Source of the DNA: Minisyncoccota bacterium
GTDB lineage: Bacteria; Patescibacteriota; Minisyncoccia; Phycocordibacterales; JACRKE01
Length of the DNA stretch: 64,000 nucleotides
Reading direction: 5' to 3'
NCBI GenBank assembly: GCA_041660505.1
Contig: JBAZWG010000001.1
Coordinates: 115,979-179,978 of the forward strand
The notes below the pieces were generated by a model that did no database searches, was not told the origin of the DNA, and saw only the letters and a program-made list of their open reading frames with translations. This document shows positions 47,052 to 56,381 of this stretch, in pieces (the first letter of the stretch is position 1; each line of letters starts with the position of its first letter). The position numbers were made by a program, and so were the translations under genes.

Positions 47052-47816
47052 TTATTTCGCAGAGGTTTCGGACGCTATGAATTTCTTGACATCGGCCAAT
47101 GTGTTCATGAACTGCGCCGGGAAGATGATGGTCGAATTTTTCTCTACGCTTATCTCGGCCATCGTCTGTAAATTGCGGAGTTGGAGGGCAATCGGGTGCG
47201 CTTGCATCACGTCGGCGGTATCGGCCAACTTCTGCGCGGCGAGGAACTCACCTTCGGCGGCGATAACCTTGGCGCGCTTCTCGCGTTCGGCCTCGGCTTG
47301 TTTGGCCATTGCCCTTTGCATGTTGTCGGGGAGCTGAATGTCTTTTATTTCCACCACCGAGACGACGACACCCCACTGTTCGGTGTGCCCGTCCAATACT
47401 CCGCGAATCTCGGTATTAATAGTATCGCGAGAGGAAAGTATCGTGTCGAGCTCGAAGCGCCCGACGATATTCCTCACTGTTGTTTGGGCAATCTGATTGA
47501 TGGCGTTCATCACGTTCTCGATTGCTATCAAGCTCTTGGTTGCATCCACAACTTTGTAATAGGCTACGGCTGAAATGTCTACCGAGACGTTATCCTTCGT
47601 AATTATTTTCTGCGGAGGGATAGGTAATGTTATCGTGCGCAAGTCGACTTTGTATAAAATATCAACGTACGGGATTATCCAGTTCAGACCCGGGTTGCGC
47701 TCCCCCACAATCTTACCGAAGCGGAAGACGACACCTTTTTGATATTGCTGGACGATGCGCACGCCCGGCAAGACGACGAACACTATGACGAACACGAGAA
47801 TGTAAACTATGTCCAT
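47052..47816 (-). CDS. Stomatin/slipin (SPFH) family protein
   Basis: GVVFRFGK, ITKDNVSV, AQTTVR, MQRAMAKQAEAEREKRAK, ALQLRNLQT. Confidence 0.93.
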   Translation of the reverse strand: MDIVYILVFVIVFVVLPGVRIVQQYQKGVVFRFGKIVGERNPGLNWIIPYVDILYKVDLRTITLPIPPQKIITKDNVSVDISAVAYYKVVDATKSLIAIENVMNAINQIAQTTVRNIVGRFELDTILSSRDTINTEIRGVLDGHTEQWGVVVSVVEIKDIQLPDNMQRAMAKQAEAEREKRAKVIAAEGEFLAAQKLADTADVMQAHPIALQLRNLQTMAEISVEKNSTIIFPAQFMNTLADVKKFIASETSAK

Positions 47817-47848
47817 ACGAAAAAATTATTAAATAATTTCTTACTTTT

Positions 47849-49174
47849 TTATTTACGTCTCCAAGAGGGCTTAAAGCCGCCATGCCCGCCACCACGTCCG
47901 CCATGTCCGCCAAATTTTTGTGATTCATAAGGGCGTTCTTTGATAGTGCTCTGGCGTGCCGGCGGGAGATCTTGCGGCTTGGATTTCTCCGGCAGGCGCT
48001 TCTTGGTCAAACGTTCGATGGTCTGTATGTCACGGCGCTCATGATGCTCGGCGAATGAGATTGCCTTGCCCTCTTTACCCGCGCGGCCGGTACGGCCGAT
48101 GCGATGGACGTAATCCTCGGCCGAGTCCGGTAGGTCATAATTAATAACAAGGCCGATGTCGGAGACATCGATACCGCGCGCAGCAATGTCTGTCGCCACC
48201 AAGACGCGATATTTACCTTTCTTAAATCCGAGCAAGGCCTCTGTGCGCTGTGAGAGAGATTTATTGGAATGAATATCCGTCGCCGTATGACCCATGTCTT
48301 GGATATGTTTGGCGAGTCTCTTGGCACCGTGCTTGGTGCGTGAGAAAACGAGTATCGTGCCCGGGTTGTCGGCAATGAGCTTCTCGAGCAAGCGCGATTT
48401 CTCTTCTTTCGTAACGAAATAAATTTCTTCAGAAATTTTTGCAACAGTCGTGCCCGATGTGGCAACCTGTACCGTTTGCGGTGCGTGCAGATAGGCCTTC
48501 GCCATTTGAGCAATCTTGTCCGGCATCGTGGCCGAGAAAAGAAGCGTCTGATGTACCTTCGGGATCATCGCGATGACGGTGCGAATCTGCGGCTCGAATC
48601 CCATATCAAGCATTCTGTCGGCTTCATCGAGAATTAATATCGAGACTTGGGATAGGTCAATCGTCTTCTGGCGAATGTGGTCATTGATACGGCCGGGGGT
48701 AGCGACTATCACGTGCGGATTCTCGCGGAGCTTGCGCATCTGGGCACCCATGTTGGCACCGCCGACGAGCATGGCGGTTTTAATTCCTAAATCTTTTCCG
48801 ATAGCAACAAGCTTCTCGTCCACCTGGGCGGCGAGCTCGCGCGTGGGCAAGAGCACTAGGCCAGTGCCCTTGGTCAAGGCTAGGCGCTGGAGCATCGGCA
48901 GACCGAAGGCGAGCGTTTTGCCTGTGCCGGTCTGGGCGATACCGATGATGTCCTTGCCAGTTAACACAACCGGTATGGCCTGCGCCTGGATAGGTGTCGG
49001 GTTGGTAATATTGAGCTTAGCTAGAGTATTGGTGAATACCGGAGCGAGGCCGAGGTCGGTGAAGGTTACTGAACCAACCGTAGAAGGTTCAACCTTTTGG
49101 ACCTGCCCGACAGTGCCAGTCATTGGCAGGCGGGTGCCTAAGGTTGAACCTTGGGAAGTGGTGTTTTGTGGCAC
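47849..49174 (-). CDS. DEAD-box RNA helicase (RhlE-like)
   Basis: AQTGTGKT, PTRELA, DEAD, FSAT, ARGID, HRIGRTGRAG. Confidence 0.95.
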   Translation of the reverse strand: MPQNTTSQGSTLGTRLPMTGTVGQVQKVEPSTVGSVTFTDLGLAPVFTNTLAKLNITNPTPIQAQAIPVVLTGKDIIGIAQTGTGKTLAFGLPMLQRLALTKGTGLVLLPTRELAAQVDEKLVAIGKDLGIKTAMLVGGANMGAQMRKLRENPHVIVATPGRINDHIRQKTIDLSQVSILILDEADRMLDMGFEPQIRTVIAMIPKVHQTLLFSATMPDKIAQMAKAYLHAPQTVQVATSGTTVAKISEEIYFVTKEEKSRLLEKLIADNPGTILVFSRTKHGAKRLAKHIQDMGHTATDIHSNKSLSQRTEALLGFKKGKYRVLVATDIAARGIDVSDIGLVINYDLPDSAEDYVHRIGRTGRAGKEGKAISFAEHHERRDIQTIERLTKKRLPEKSKPQDLPPARQSTIKERPYESQKFGGHGGRGGGHGGFKPSWRRK

Positions 49175-49242
49175 AAATTAGCAGTTAGAATAAGCCTATA
49201 TTATATAGTAAGAGTTGCCGATTGTCAATCAGAATTTTGAAC

Positions 49243-51480
49243 CTATTCTTTACACTTGTTGCAGATGTCGCGGACGTTCTCCGGTACATAATCGCAAGAT
49301 GGTGCCATTTTGAAGCCTGCGCAGACTTGGTCGTTCGGTACGAAGCCTGCCGGAGGTGTGCCTCCTGATGATTCGCTACTCTGGGAAGATGATTCTCCTT
49401 GTCCAGAGATGCCCATACTCTCCGGCACCCCCTCTGGAATATATCCCTTCGGGATGCCGCCTTTCGGAATACCGGCCGGGATACTCCCCGCTTCAGGGAT
49501 TCCTGCCGGGCGGAAGTTCTTCATACAAGCGGCGATGTCGCCTTGGACGTCCTCTGGGCCTTTGACCTCGCCTTTCTGTGCGCGCTCGGCGATATTACTT
49601 AAGCGATCTTTAAGACATGCCTGAATTTCCGGTGGGGCTTGCTTCAACTGCTCATCCATCATCTTCTGCATTACTGCGCCGATATTACCGACACAACTCT
49701 GGATTGCTGCGCCTGCCTCGGGGCCGATTTCTACATCTTCGCCCGCCTCGATTTTGGCCACCTTATCTTTACCCAATTTATGTTCGATACAAGTGCGAAT
49801 TTCCTCCGGCATCTGCTTTAATCCATCGCGCATTTTCTTTAAGCCTTCTGTCTTCATTTTGCCGAAGCAGTTCTTAATCTTATCGCCCGCGTCCGGTGAT
49901 GGCGGAGCATCGCCCTTAAGCATCCCTTCGAGCCCACCCTCACCCATCGCTTGCTCGACACATTGCTTGGTCGCCGAGTCTGCTTGATCCATGGCGCCCT
50001 TGAGCTTACTCATCATCTGCGGGAGATACTTGGCAAAGCAGGCTTTGATCTTGCCGCCAGCCTCCGGCCCCGGCATATATGTACCGCCTTCTACACTTGA
50101 GATGATGTTCGGGTCAACTTCTGACTTCAAACAATCCACCACTTCTTGCGGTGCTTGTTGTAAGCCGGCGCGGAGCTGGCTCATGCCGTCCTTAATCTCC
50201 TTCAGTTTATCTGCGGGAATGAGGTCATGCTCTTTAGCAAATTCGAAGCAGGCGGTCTGATTCTTTGCGTCATTACAATAGGCATCACATGACGCCTTCG
50301 ACGTACAGCCACCGGGGCCCTTGCCCCCTGTCTTGCGCACGAGATCAGCCTCTTCTTTACTGATGAAGCCGGCCTTCTCGCCGAAAGCCACGCATTCCAT
50401 TACATTGTTATTATCGGCGCAGTATTTCTCGCACTGGTCTTTCGTCGTGCATTTGCCGGGCGACTGGCCGCTCTCGATAAGCGGGAGAACTTTGCGCGCC
50501 ATCTCCGACTCTTCTTTACTTACAAAGCCGGCCTTCTCTGCGAAGTCGAGACATTCACCGCCGTGGCCTGATGCAGTGCAATAAGTGTTGCAAGACTTCT
50601 GATCAGTACAGCCACCGGGCAATTTCGCACCGGCCTTCAAAGCTTGGGCGACTTGCTTGCCCTGCTTGAGCACGTCGGCACTAATGAAGTTATGCTTCTC
50701 GGCGAAGGTGAGGCACGAATCGATATTTTTTATATCAGAACAATATGTCGTACACGATGCTTGGTCTTTGCACGAGCCGGGGCCGTCGCCCTTCAATACA
50801 TCGGCGAACTCTTTCGCCTTGGCGGCGTCCTCTTTGGAAATTAAACCTGTTTTAGCGCCGAAGTCAGCACAAGCTCCGTAATTCTCTTGTTTATCGCAAT
50901 AAGTTTTACATTCCTTGTCACTCGCGCAGTTGCCGAGAGCGACTATGGGATAAGTGCTGATGACTTTCACGACGATAGGTTTGCCTACCGTGTTGCCGTT
51001 GTTCACGAGCTTAAGATCCATCGTTGCCGCACTGCCGACTATCGATGCGATGTTCCATTTGTAGATGTAAGCCTGACCCGGGTCTGTCGTAACTTGATAA
51101 CCGCCACCAGCACTTGAGTTGTTCGCTGATAGGTCTGCGCTGTAAAACAGCATCCAAGCTTTGCCGGAGAGATATGGGAAGTTTCTGCCGTCTTTATAAG
51201 TGAAGCTTGCACCTTTGTTCATGAGCGCGGACGTTACCACTTTACCGTTCACGTAAACCTCTAATGGATAGTTGGCGCCAGCAGGCTTATTGTAGTCGAT
51301 ACGGCCGAGCAAGCTCAAGACGCTCGTTGCCGGCACTGTCCCGGACCATGAGTCATTGGCCGCAATGCGGATCTCGTCAGGGATGGTAACCGCCTGTGCG
51401 GTTTGCACCGTTCCTAACATAATGAGCAACATTGGCACGATGCCGGTAAATCGCAAAAGTTTTTTTATTGTCATATTCAT
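49243..51480 (-). CDS. Large secreted cysteine-rich repeat protein
   Basis: Signal peptide; five C-x5-C-x2-YC repeats and four helical two-Cys repeats. Confidence 0.8.
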   Translation of the reverse strand: MNMTIKKLLRFTGIVPMLLIMLGTVQTAQAVTIPDEIRIAANDSWSGTVPATSVLSLLGRIDYNKPAGANYPLEVYVNGKVVTSALMNKGASFTYKDGRNFPYLSGKAWMLFYSADLSANNSSAGGGYQVTTDPGQAYIYKWNIASIVGSAATMDLKLVNNGNTVGKPIVVKVISTYPIVALGNCASDKECKTYCDKQENYGACADFGAKTGLISKEDAAKAKEFADVLKGDGPGSCKDQASCTTYCSDIKNIDSCLTFAEKHNFISADVLKQGKQVAQALKAGAKLPGGCTDQKSCNTYCTASGHGGECLDFAEKAGFVSKEESEMARKVLPLIESGQSPGKCTTKDQCEKYCADNNNVMECVAFGEKAGFISKEEADLVRKTGGKGPGGCTSKASCDAYCNDAKNQTACFEFAKEHDLIPADKLKEIKDGMSQLRAGLQQAPQEVVDCLKSEVDPNIISSVEGGTYMPGPEAGGKIKACFAKYLPQMMSKLKGAMDQADSATKQCVEQAMGEGGLEGMLKGDAPPSPDAGDKIKNCFGKMKTEGLKKMRDGLKQMPEEIRTCIEHKLGKDKVAKIEAGEDVEIGPEAGAAIQSCVGNIGAVMQKMMDEQLKQAPPEIQACLKDRLSNIAERAQKGEVKGPEDVQGDIAACMKNFRPAGIPEAGSIPAGIPKGGIPKGYIPEGVPESMGISGQGESSSQSSESSGGTPPAGFVPNDQVCAGFKMAPSCDYVPENVRDICNKCKE

Positions 51481-51483
51481 AAA

Positions 51484-51753
51484 TTATTTGCCGAATGGAT
51501 TAGTGTAAGCCTGCGTGTATGGGTTGACTGCCGGCTCCGAGAAAGGATTAGTGTTCGGCATTTGCTCTACTGCACTACTGCCGGAACCAACCTTGTCATA
51601 TAATGTCGCACCCAAAGCGCCTCCTTCTGCAGAGGTTACGTCGGAGGCTTGCCCGCCATACGGCTCTGTCGAGGATGCGTTACGAGACACGAAGTACCAT
51701 CCTGCGGCGACAATAATCGCAAGCACGACGATATAAGTAATATATTTTTTCAT
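51484..51753 (-). CDS. Small membrane-anchored hypothetical protein
   Basis: N-terminal TM; repeated NPF/NPY tail. Confidence 0.65.
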   Translation of the reverse strand: MKKYITYIVVLAIIVAAGWYFVSRNASSTEPYGGQASDVTSAEGGALGATLYDKVGSGSSAVEQMPNTNPFSEPAVNPYTQAYTNPFGK

Positions 51754-52676
51754 AGGGCCAGTATACTCTTGTCTAGCATCTCTTTCAACCCTTGTTCCAT
51801 CGTGTGCGAAGGCTTCCAGCCCAGCTCCTTTTGCGCGAGCGTGGTGTCGAGCATAATGTCACGCACTTCACCTTTTACCGCCTCTATGTGCTTGGCTTCG
51901 CCTTTGAACTTTAGAAGATTCTTGAGAATAGTAAAAACTTGATTCACGCTCACTTGAGAGCCGTTCGCAAGATGGAAGAGTTTATGCGCCGGATTTTTCT
52001 CCATCGCGTTCACGATAAATTCCGCGATGTCGAGCACGTAAATAAAGTCGCGCGTCTGCTCACCGTCGCCGAAGATGGTCGGCGACTCACCCTTCATCAT
52101 CGCCTCAATGAATATCGCCGTGACCCTGCGGAACTTGGGGTCGTCCCCCGGCCCATAAACATTACCGAAGCAGAAGATCAAATAATCTAAGCCGTAGAGC
52201 TCGTGATACATCCAGACATAATGCTCCGCCGTATGCTTAGAGATACCGTAGGGCGACATCGGCTTGATAGGATGTTTCTCGTCTACGGGCAAATATTCCG
52301 GCTCGCCGACTCTAGCCCCGCCGGTCGAAGTATAAATAACTCTCTTAACCCCGCTCTTCTTGCAAGCTTCGAGCACATTTATGGTGCCGATAATATTCTG
52401 CAGAGCATCAAAGACCGGCTCCTCCAGGGACCGGCGCAACATCACCTGCGCCGCCGTGTGAATAACGATGTCTGGCTTCTCTATATTGAATATATCCTGA
52501 ATATCTTTCGTAATATCGCGCTCGTAAAACTTCACACCGGCCGGCAACTTTTCTCGCTTCCCCGTACTCAAGTTATCCAGCACCACAACGTCATACCCCG
52601 CTTTTTGTAAAACGATAACGATATGCGACCCAATGAACCCTGCCCCGCCGGTAACCAAAACTTTTTTGTATTTCAT
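51750..52676 (-). CDS. NAD-dependent epimerase/dehydratase (GalE-like)
   Basis: VTGGAGFIGSH, SPYGISK, NVYGP, GDGEQTRDF. Confidence 0.93.
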   Translation of the reverse strand: MKYKKVLVTGGAGFIGSHIVIVLQKAGYDVVVLDNLSTGKREKLPAGVKFYERDITKDIQDIFNIEKPDIVIHTAAQVMLRRSLEEPVFDALQNIIGTINVLEACKKSGVKRVIYTSTGGARVGEPEYLPVDEKHPIKPMSPYGISKHTAEHYVWMYHELYGLDYLIFCFGNVYGPGDDPKFRRVTAIFIEAMMKGESPTIFGDGEQTRDFIYVLDIAEFIVNAMEKNPAHKLFHLANGSQVSVNQVFTILKNLLKFKGEAKHIEAVKGEVRDIMLDTTLAQKELGWKPSHTMEQGLKEMLDKSILAL

Positions 52677-52739
52677 ATGATGGGTATAACCAACGCGATA
52701 AGCAAAAAAGTTAGATTGTCCGGGGTCTCGCCTCGAAGG

Positions 52740-53072
52740 TCAACGTTTCATTTTAACGAAAGTATAATAAATAACTGAAGCAAGAATAGTCCAGTAAAAA
52801 ATTAGATAGATACCAATAAATGGAGGCGGCGGGTCATCTCGCAAAAAGTCGGTAGAAAGCAACAAGGGTCCTATTAAAACAATTTTGATAGGCGATATAA
52901 TTGTAGATACGGTATTTTTCCAAGCTATTGGTGACGCCGTTCCAAGGAAAGAGTCCGGGTGCTTGGGGAAGCCTCGGGGGCCTGTTGACCCCAAAAGCGT
53001 GGTAGTGATAAACATAAAAGCGAACCCAAAAATGATGAAAAGAATAACGAATTTTTTTCTTGAAATATTCAT
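52740..53072 (-). CDS. Small AT-rich membrane protein between direct-repeat REPs
   Basis: Hydrophobic segments; flanked by 52716-52735 and 53079-53098 repeats. Confidence 0.65.
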   Translation of the reverse strand: MNISRKKFVILFIIFGFAFMFITTTLLGSTGPRGFPKHPDSFLGTASPIAWKNTVSTIISPIKIVLIGPLLLSTDFLRDDPPPPFIGIYLIFYWTILASVIYYTFVKMKR

Positions 53073-53108
53073 GTATGCTTGTCCGAGGTCTCGCCTCGGA
53101 CATTAGTT

Positions 53109-53462
53109 TTATAAATACTCGTCGTTCAGATCAAGAAAGTTTGTGACTTTTTCTGAAATGTCTTTATAATATTTCGGTTCAAGCGTGCCTAGAGTTTTAC
53201 TGATTCTTCGACGATCGATCATGCGCAGTTGAGAAATTTCTAGGCGAGAATCGCTTTTCAAACCGTTTTCTTTGCTTGCAATAATCCAGACGGCAGAGGG
53301 AACATCTTTGGGTGTGTTGGTAAGGGGCACGACAATAACGGTCTCTATTTTAGACTGGTTAACCTTATTGTTCTGGAGTATCAATGCCGGACGGACACCG
53401 CGCTTTTCTGCGCCGCGTGCGGGGTCGAAGTTAACAACAACAATATCGTATTTCTTTACCAT
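53109..53462 (-). CDS. PemK/MazF family toxin
   Basis: DIVVVNFDP..GAEKRGVRPALILQN, VIVVPLT, QLRMIDRRRI. Confidence 0.92.
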   Translation of the reverse strand: MVKKYDIVVVNFDPARGAEKRGVRPALILQNNKVNQSKIETVIVVPLTNTPKDVPSAVWIIASKENGLKSDSRLEISQLRMIDRRRISKTLGTLEPKYYKDISEKVTNFLDLNDEYL

Positions 53463-53707
53463 TCCAAGTTCACGGGATTATTTGCGATCGAAAACCACAT
53501 ATCCATTTCTTCTTTGTCCTCCGCCATGCGGTTATATGACTCCGTAATCGCGCGACCTTTCGCCTCGCGTTCTAGTTTCTTTATAGAATCTTCGATGACT
53601 TCACGACGGGTAACTTCGCGTTCTTTAGCCATCTTATCGACGAACATAAGCAACTGCGAATTGATATTAGTAGTGATACGTGTTTGATGCTTTATCATAT
53701 GCATCAT
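53456..53707 (-). CDS. Ribbon-helix-helix antitoxin
   Basis: RITTNINSQLL..VD..TRREVIEDSI, ESYNRMAED; overlaps the toxin start. Confidence 0.75.
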   Translation of the reverse strand: MMHMIKHQTRITTNINSQLLMFVDKMAKEREVTRREVIEDSIKKLEREAKGRAITESYNRMAEDKEEMDMWFSIANNPVNLEW

Positions 53708-53738
53708 GATATGCCTGTCAGTATGTATTGTCAAGCTA

Positions 53739-53825
53739 CGGAGAGAGTGGGATTTGAACCCACGATACGGTTGCCCGTATGCCGGTTTTCGAAACCGGTG
53801 CCTTCAACCACTCAGCCATCTCTCC
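53739..53825 (-). tRNA. tRNA-Ser(CGA)
   Basis: Anticodon arm CCGGT-TTCGAAA-ACCGG, long variable arm, G73. Confidence 0.95.
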
Positions 53826-53902
53826 AAAACCTTTATACTCTAGCAATTTTTTGCCATTTTGACAAAAATGCGTTATTATAGCGGGACAATTTTAGTGCGT
53901 AA

Positions 53903-53974
53903 GGCCCTATCGTCTAACGGTTAGGACAGAAGCTTTTCAAGCTTTAAACCAGGGTTCGACTCCCTGTAGGGTCA
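53903..53974 (+). tRNA. tRNA-Glu(TTC)
   Basis: Anticodon arm GAAGC-TTTTCAA-GCTTT; GTTCGAC T-loop. Confidence 0.92.
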
Positions 53975-53977
53975 CAG

Positions 53978-55654
53978 ATGCCAACGCGGATACTAAGTTA
54001 TTTACATAAAGAATTCACCGGCTTGCATGAAGCGGCTTTTCTCTTGGGCGCTTCGGCTTTTCTCTCGCAAGTGCTCGCTTTATTTCGCGATCGTTTACTC
54101 GCCTCCACTTTCGGCTCGGGGAGCGCTCTGGATATTTATTATGCCGCTTTCAAGATTCCTGATTTTATTTACGCTTCTATCGCCTCTGTCGTTTCTGTCA
54201 CCGTACTCATCCCATTCATAATAGAACGCTTGGCAGATGGCCGAGATGCGGAAGCTAAGAAATTTTTAAACACTGTCTTCACGGCATTTTCTGTGGTGAT
54301 GGTCGGCGTCTGTGGATTGAGCTGGATATTCATTCCCGCACTCGCACCTATCGTCGTTCCTGGCTTCTCTCCTGCACAGCAGGCGGAGTTCATCACTCTC
54401 TCGCGCATTCTCCTGCTCTCGCCATTCCTACTTGGCCTCTCCGCCCTGCTCGGCAGTGCGACGCAGGCATTCAGAAAGTTTTTTGTCTTCGCTATCACGC
54501 CCATCGTCTACAACATAGGGATAATTATTGGCATCGTCTTCTTTTATCCCACATTCGGTTTGCCAGGCCTCGCCTATGGCGTCGCGCTCGGCGCTTTTCT
54601 GCACTTGAGCATTCAGCTACCAGTACTTTACAAGCTGGACTTCTTCCCAAAATTCACTTCATCTCTTGATTTCAAAACTTTGCGCGAAGTCATAATGATA
54701 TCCCTCCCCCGCACAGTTGCGCTCGCGACGGATAAAATTTCGCTTGCCGTCCTTGCCGCCCTTGGTTCTCTTATGGCCACCGGCACTATCACTATATTTA
54801 ATCTCGCCCTAAACTTGCAATCAGTCCCACTTGCGGTCGTTGGCGTTAGCTACTCCATTGCCGCCTTCCCCGCGCTGGCACAGATATTCAGCAAGGGCGA
54901 TATGGCGGAATTCAGAAGCAAGGTAGAGACGGCGATAAGACACATCGTCTTTTGGTCCGTCCCGGCAACGGTACTCTTCATCGTCTTGCGCGCCCAAATC
55001 ATCCGCGTAATTTATGGTGCCGGCAGATTCGATTGGAGCGATACGAGGCTTACCGCCGCGGCCTTGGCGATATTCGCTGTTTCTGTCGTTGCCCAGAGCT
55101 TGATATTGCTCTTCGTCCGTGCATATTATGCGGGAGGCAAGACCATGAGACCGCTTATGGTGAACGCCGGTACTTCGATACTCACTATAATTTTCGCTTT
55201 CGTATTTATAAAGTGGTTCGAAGTTTCAGAAATGTTCAGACAAATTATCGGCATCACCGTCAGAGTTTCTGACGTGTCCGATACTGTCATGCTCACGCTC
55301 CCGCTTGCCTACTCTCTTGGATATATTGTGAATGCGATACTGCTTTGGATCTACTTCGTCAAAGACTTCGGTAATTTTTCCTCGCCTGTTATCAAGTCTT
55401 GTATGCAAGTGCTGGGGGCATCTCTTGCCGGCGGATTCGTGACGTATCTCGCCCTCAATGCCTCGCAAGGATTCCTTTCTTTGCACACAACATTCGGCGT
55501 CTTCAGCCAAGGGTTCGTCTCCGGCATTATCGGTATCTTGGTCATCATCGCCATCTTGCGCGCAATAAAAAATAAAGAACTCAATGTCGTCGCCGACACA
55601 CTTCATCACAAATTCTGGAAGGAAAAGGTTGTGGTCGCCGAACAAAATTTGTAA
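53978..55654 (+). CDS. murJ: Lipid II flippase MurJ/MviN
   Basis: LALFRDRLLA..FG, DIYYAAFKIPD, PIVYNIGII, RAYYA. Confidence 0.93.
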   Translation: MPTRILSYLHKEFTGLHEAAFLLGASAFLSQVLALFRDRLLASTFGSGSALDIYYAAFKIPDFIYASIASVVSVTVLIPFIIERLADGRDAEAKKFLNTVFTAFSVVMVGVCGLSWIFIPALAPIVVPGFSPAQQAEFITLSRILLLSPFLLGLSALLGSATQAFRKFFVFAITPIVYNIGIIIGIVFFYPTFGLPGLAYGVALGAFLHLSIQLPVLYKLDFFPKFTSSLDFKTLREVIMISLPRTVALATDKISLAVLAALGSLMATGTITIFNLALNLQSVPLAVVGVSYSIAAFPALAQIFSKGDMAEFRSKVETAIRHIVFWSVPATVLFIVLRAQIIRVIYGAGRFDWSDTRLTAAALAIFAVSVVAQSLILLFVRAYYAGGKTMRPLMVNAGTSILTIIFAFVFIKWFEVSEMFRQIIGITVRVSDVSDTVMLTLPLAYSLGYIVNAILLWIYFVKDFGNFSSPVIKSCMQVLGASLAGGFVTYLALNASQGFLSLHTTFGVFSQGFVSGIIGILVIIAILRAIKNKELNVVADTLHHKFWKEKVVVAEQNL

Positions 55655-55657
55655 AGC

Positions 55658-55694
55658 AAACTTCCTCCCCGTGAATTTCAGGGAGGAAGTTTTT
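55658..55694. terminator. Terminator hairpin between convergent genes
   Basis: AAACTTCCTCCC..GGGAGGAAGTTTTT. Confidence 0.7.
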
Positions 55695-55712
55695 GCTCCT
55701 TTCTGCGCCTAG

Positions 55713-56297
55713 TCATAGCAACCTAAGCGCAATAGACACGAACACTGGGATGAACAGGTTATCATCCTGCCACCACGGTTCGTGCTTGCCGATGATCTCG
55801 CCGATTGCGGCAACGAAGCCGATGACGGTAGAGAGCGGCAAGACGCATCCGCTTGCCGATGCAGCGAATGCCCCGGCAATCCAGGCACCTAAGAAGCCCT
55901 CGCATGTCTTCTTGCCGGCACCCGGGAACGGCGTGAGGCCGTAGTGGATACCAACGAGCCTGGCCGCCGGATCAACGCACGCGACGCAGATAACACAGAG
56001 CCAGAATGTCCCAGCCGGGGCGATCCACCAGGCCAGCACAAGCCCGGTGACCATCGCCGGTGCGGCCGTTGGCCTACCATCCCTCTCGTCATCGCGGATA
56101 ATCCCGTTCATGACGGCGAGGAAAGCGTTGCGTACATACTCCACACGCGTGCGTAAAAACTCGACTCCCACGACAATCATCCAGAGCAGATACATACCGT
56201 ACTCCGGTGAGACGCGCAATGCCAGTCCGACAGCGAACGGTGTCGATAAGACATGCCAGATTGCCCGCCACCCCTCATAATTCCTGTTCAAGAGCAA
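55713..56297 (-). CDS. Dolichol/phytol kinase-like (CTP-transferase family) membrane protein
   Basis: R.IWH, DPAARLVG, KKTCEG, DDNLFIP. Confidence 0.72.
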   Translation of the reverse strand: MLLNRNYEGWRAIWHVLSTPFAVGLALRVSPEYGMYLLWMIVVGVEFLRTRVEYVRNAFLAVMNGIIRDDERDGRPTAAPAMVTGLVLAWWIAPAGTFWLCVICVACVDPAARLVGIHYGLTPFPGAGKKTCEGFLGAWIAGAFAASASGCVLPLSTVIGFVAAIGEIIGKHEPWWQDDNLFIPVFVSIALRLL

Positions 56298-56381
56298 TCA
56301 CCTCCGGCAACACCCTACCACTCTTCAATATATAGTCAACTCTCTATTATATGTGTATACTGAATAATCATTAAGATTTAT

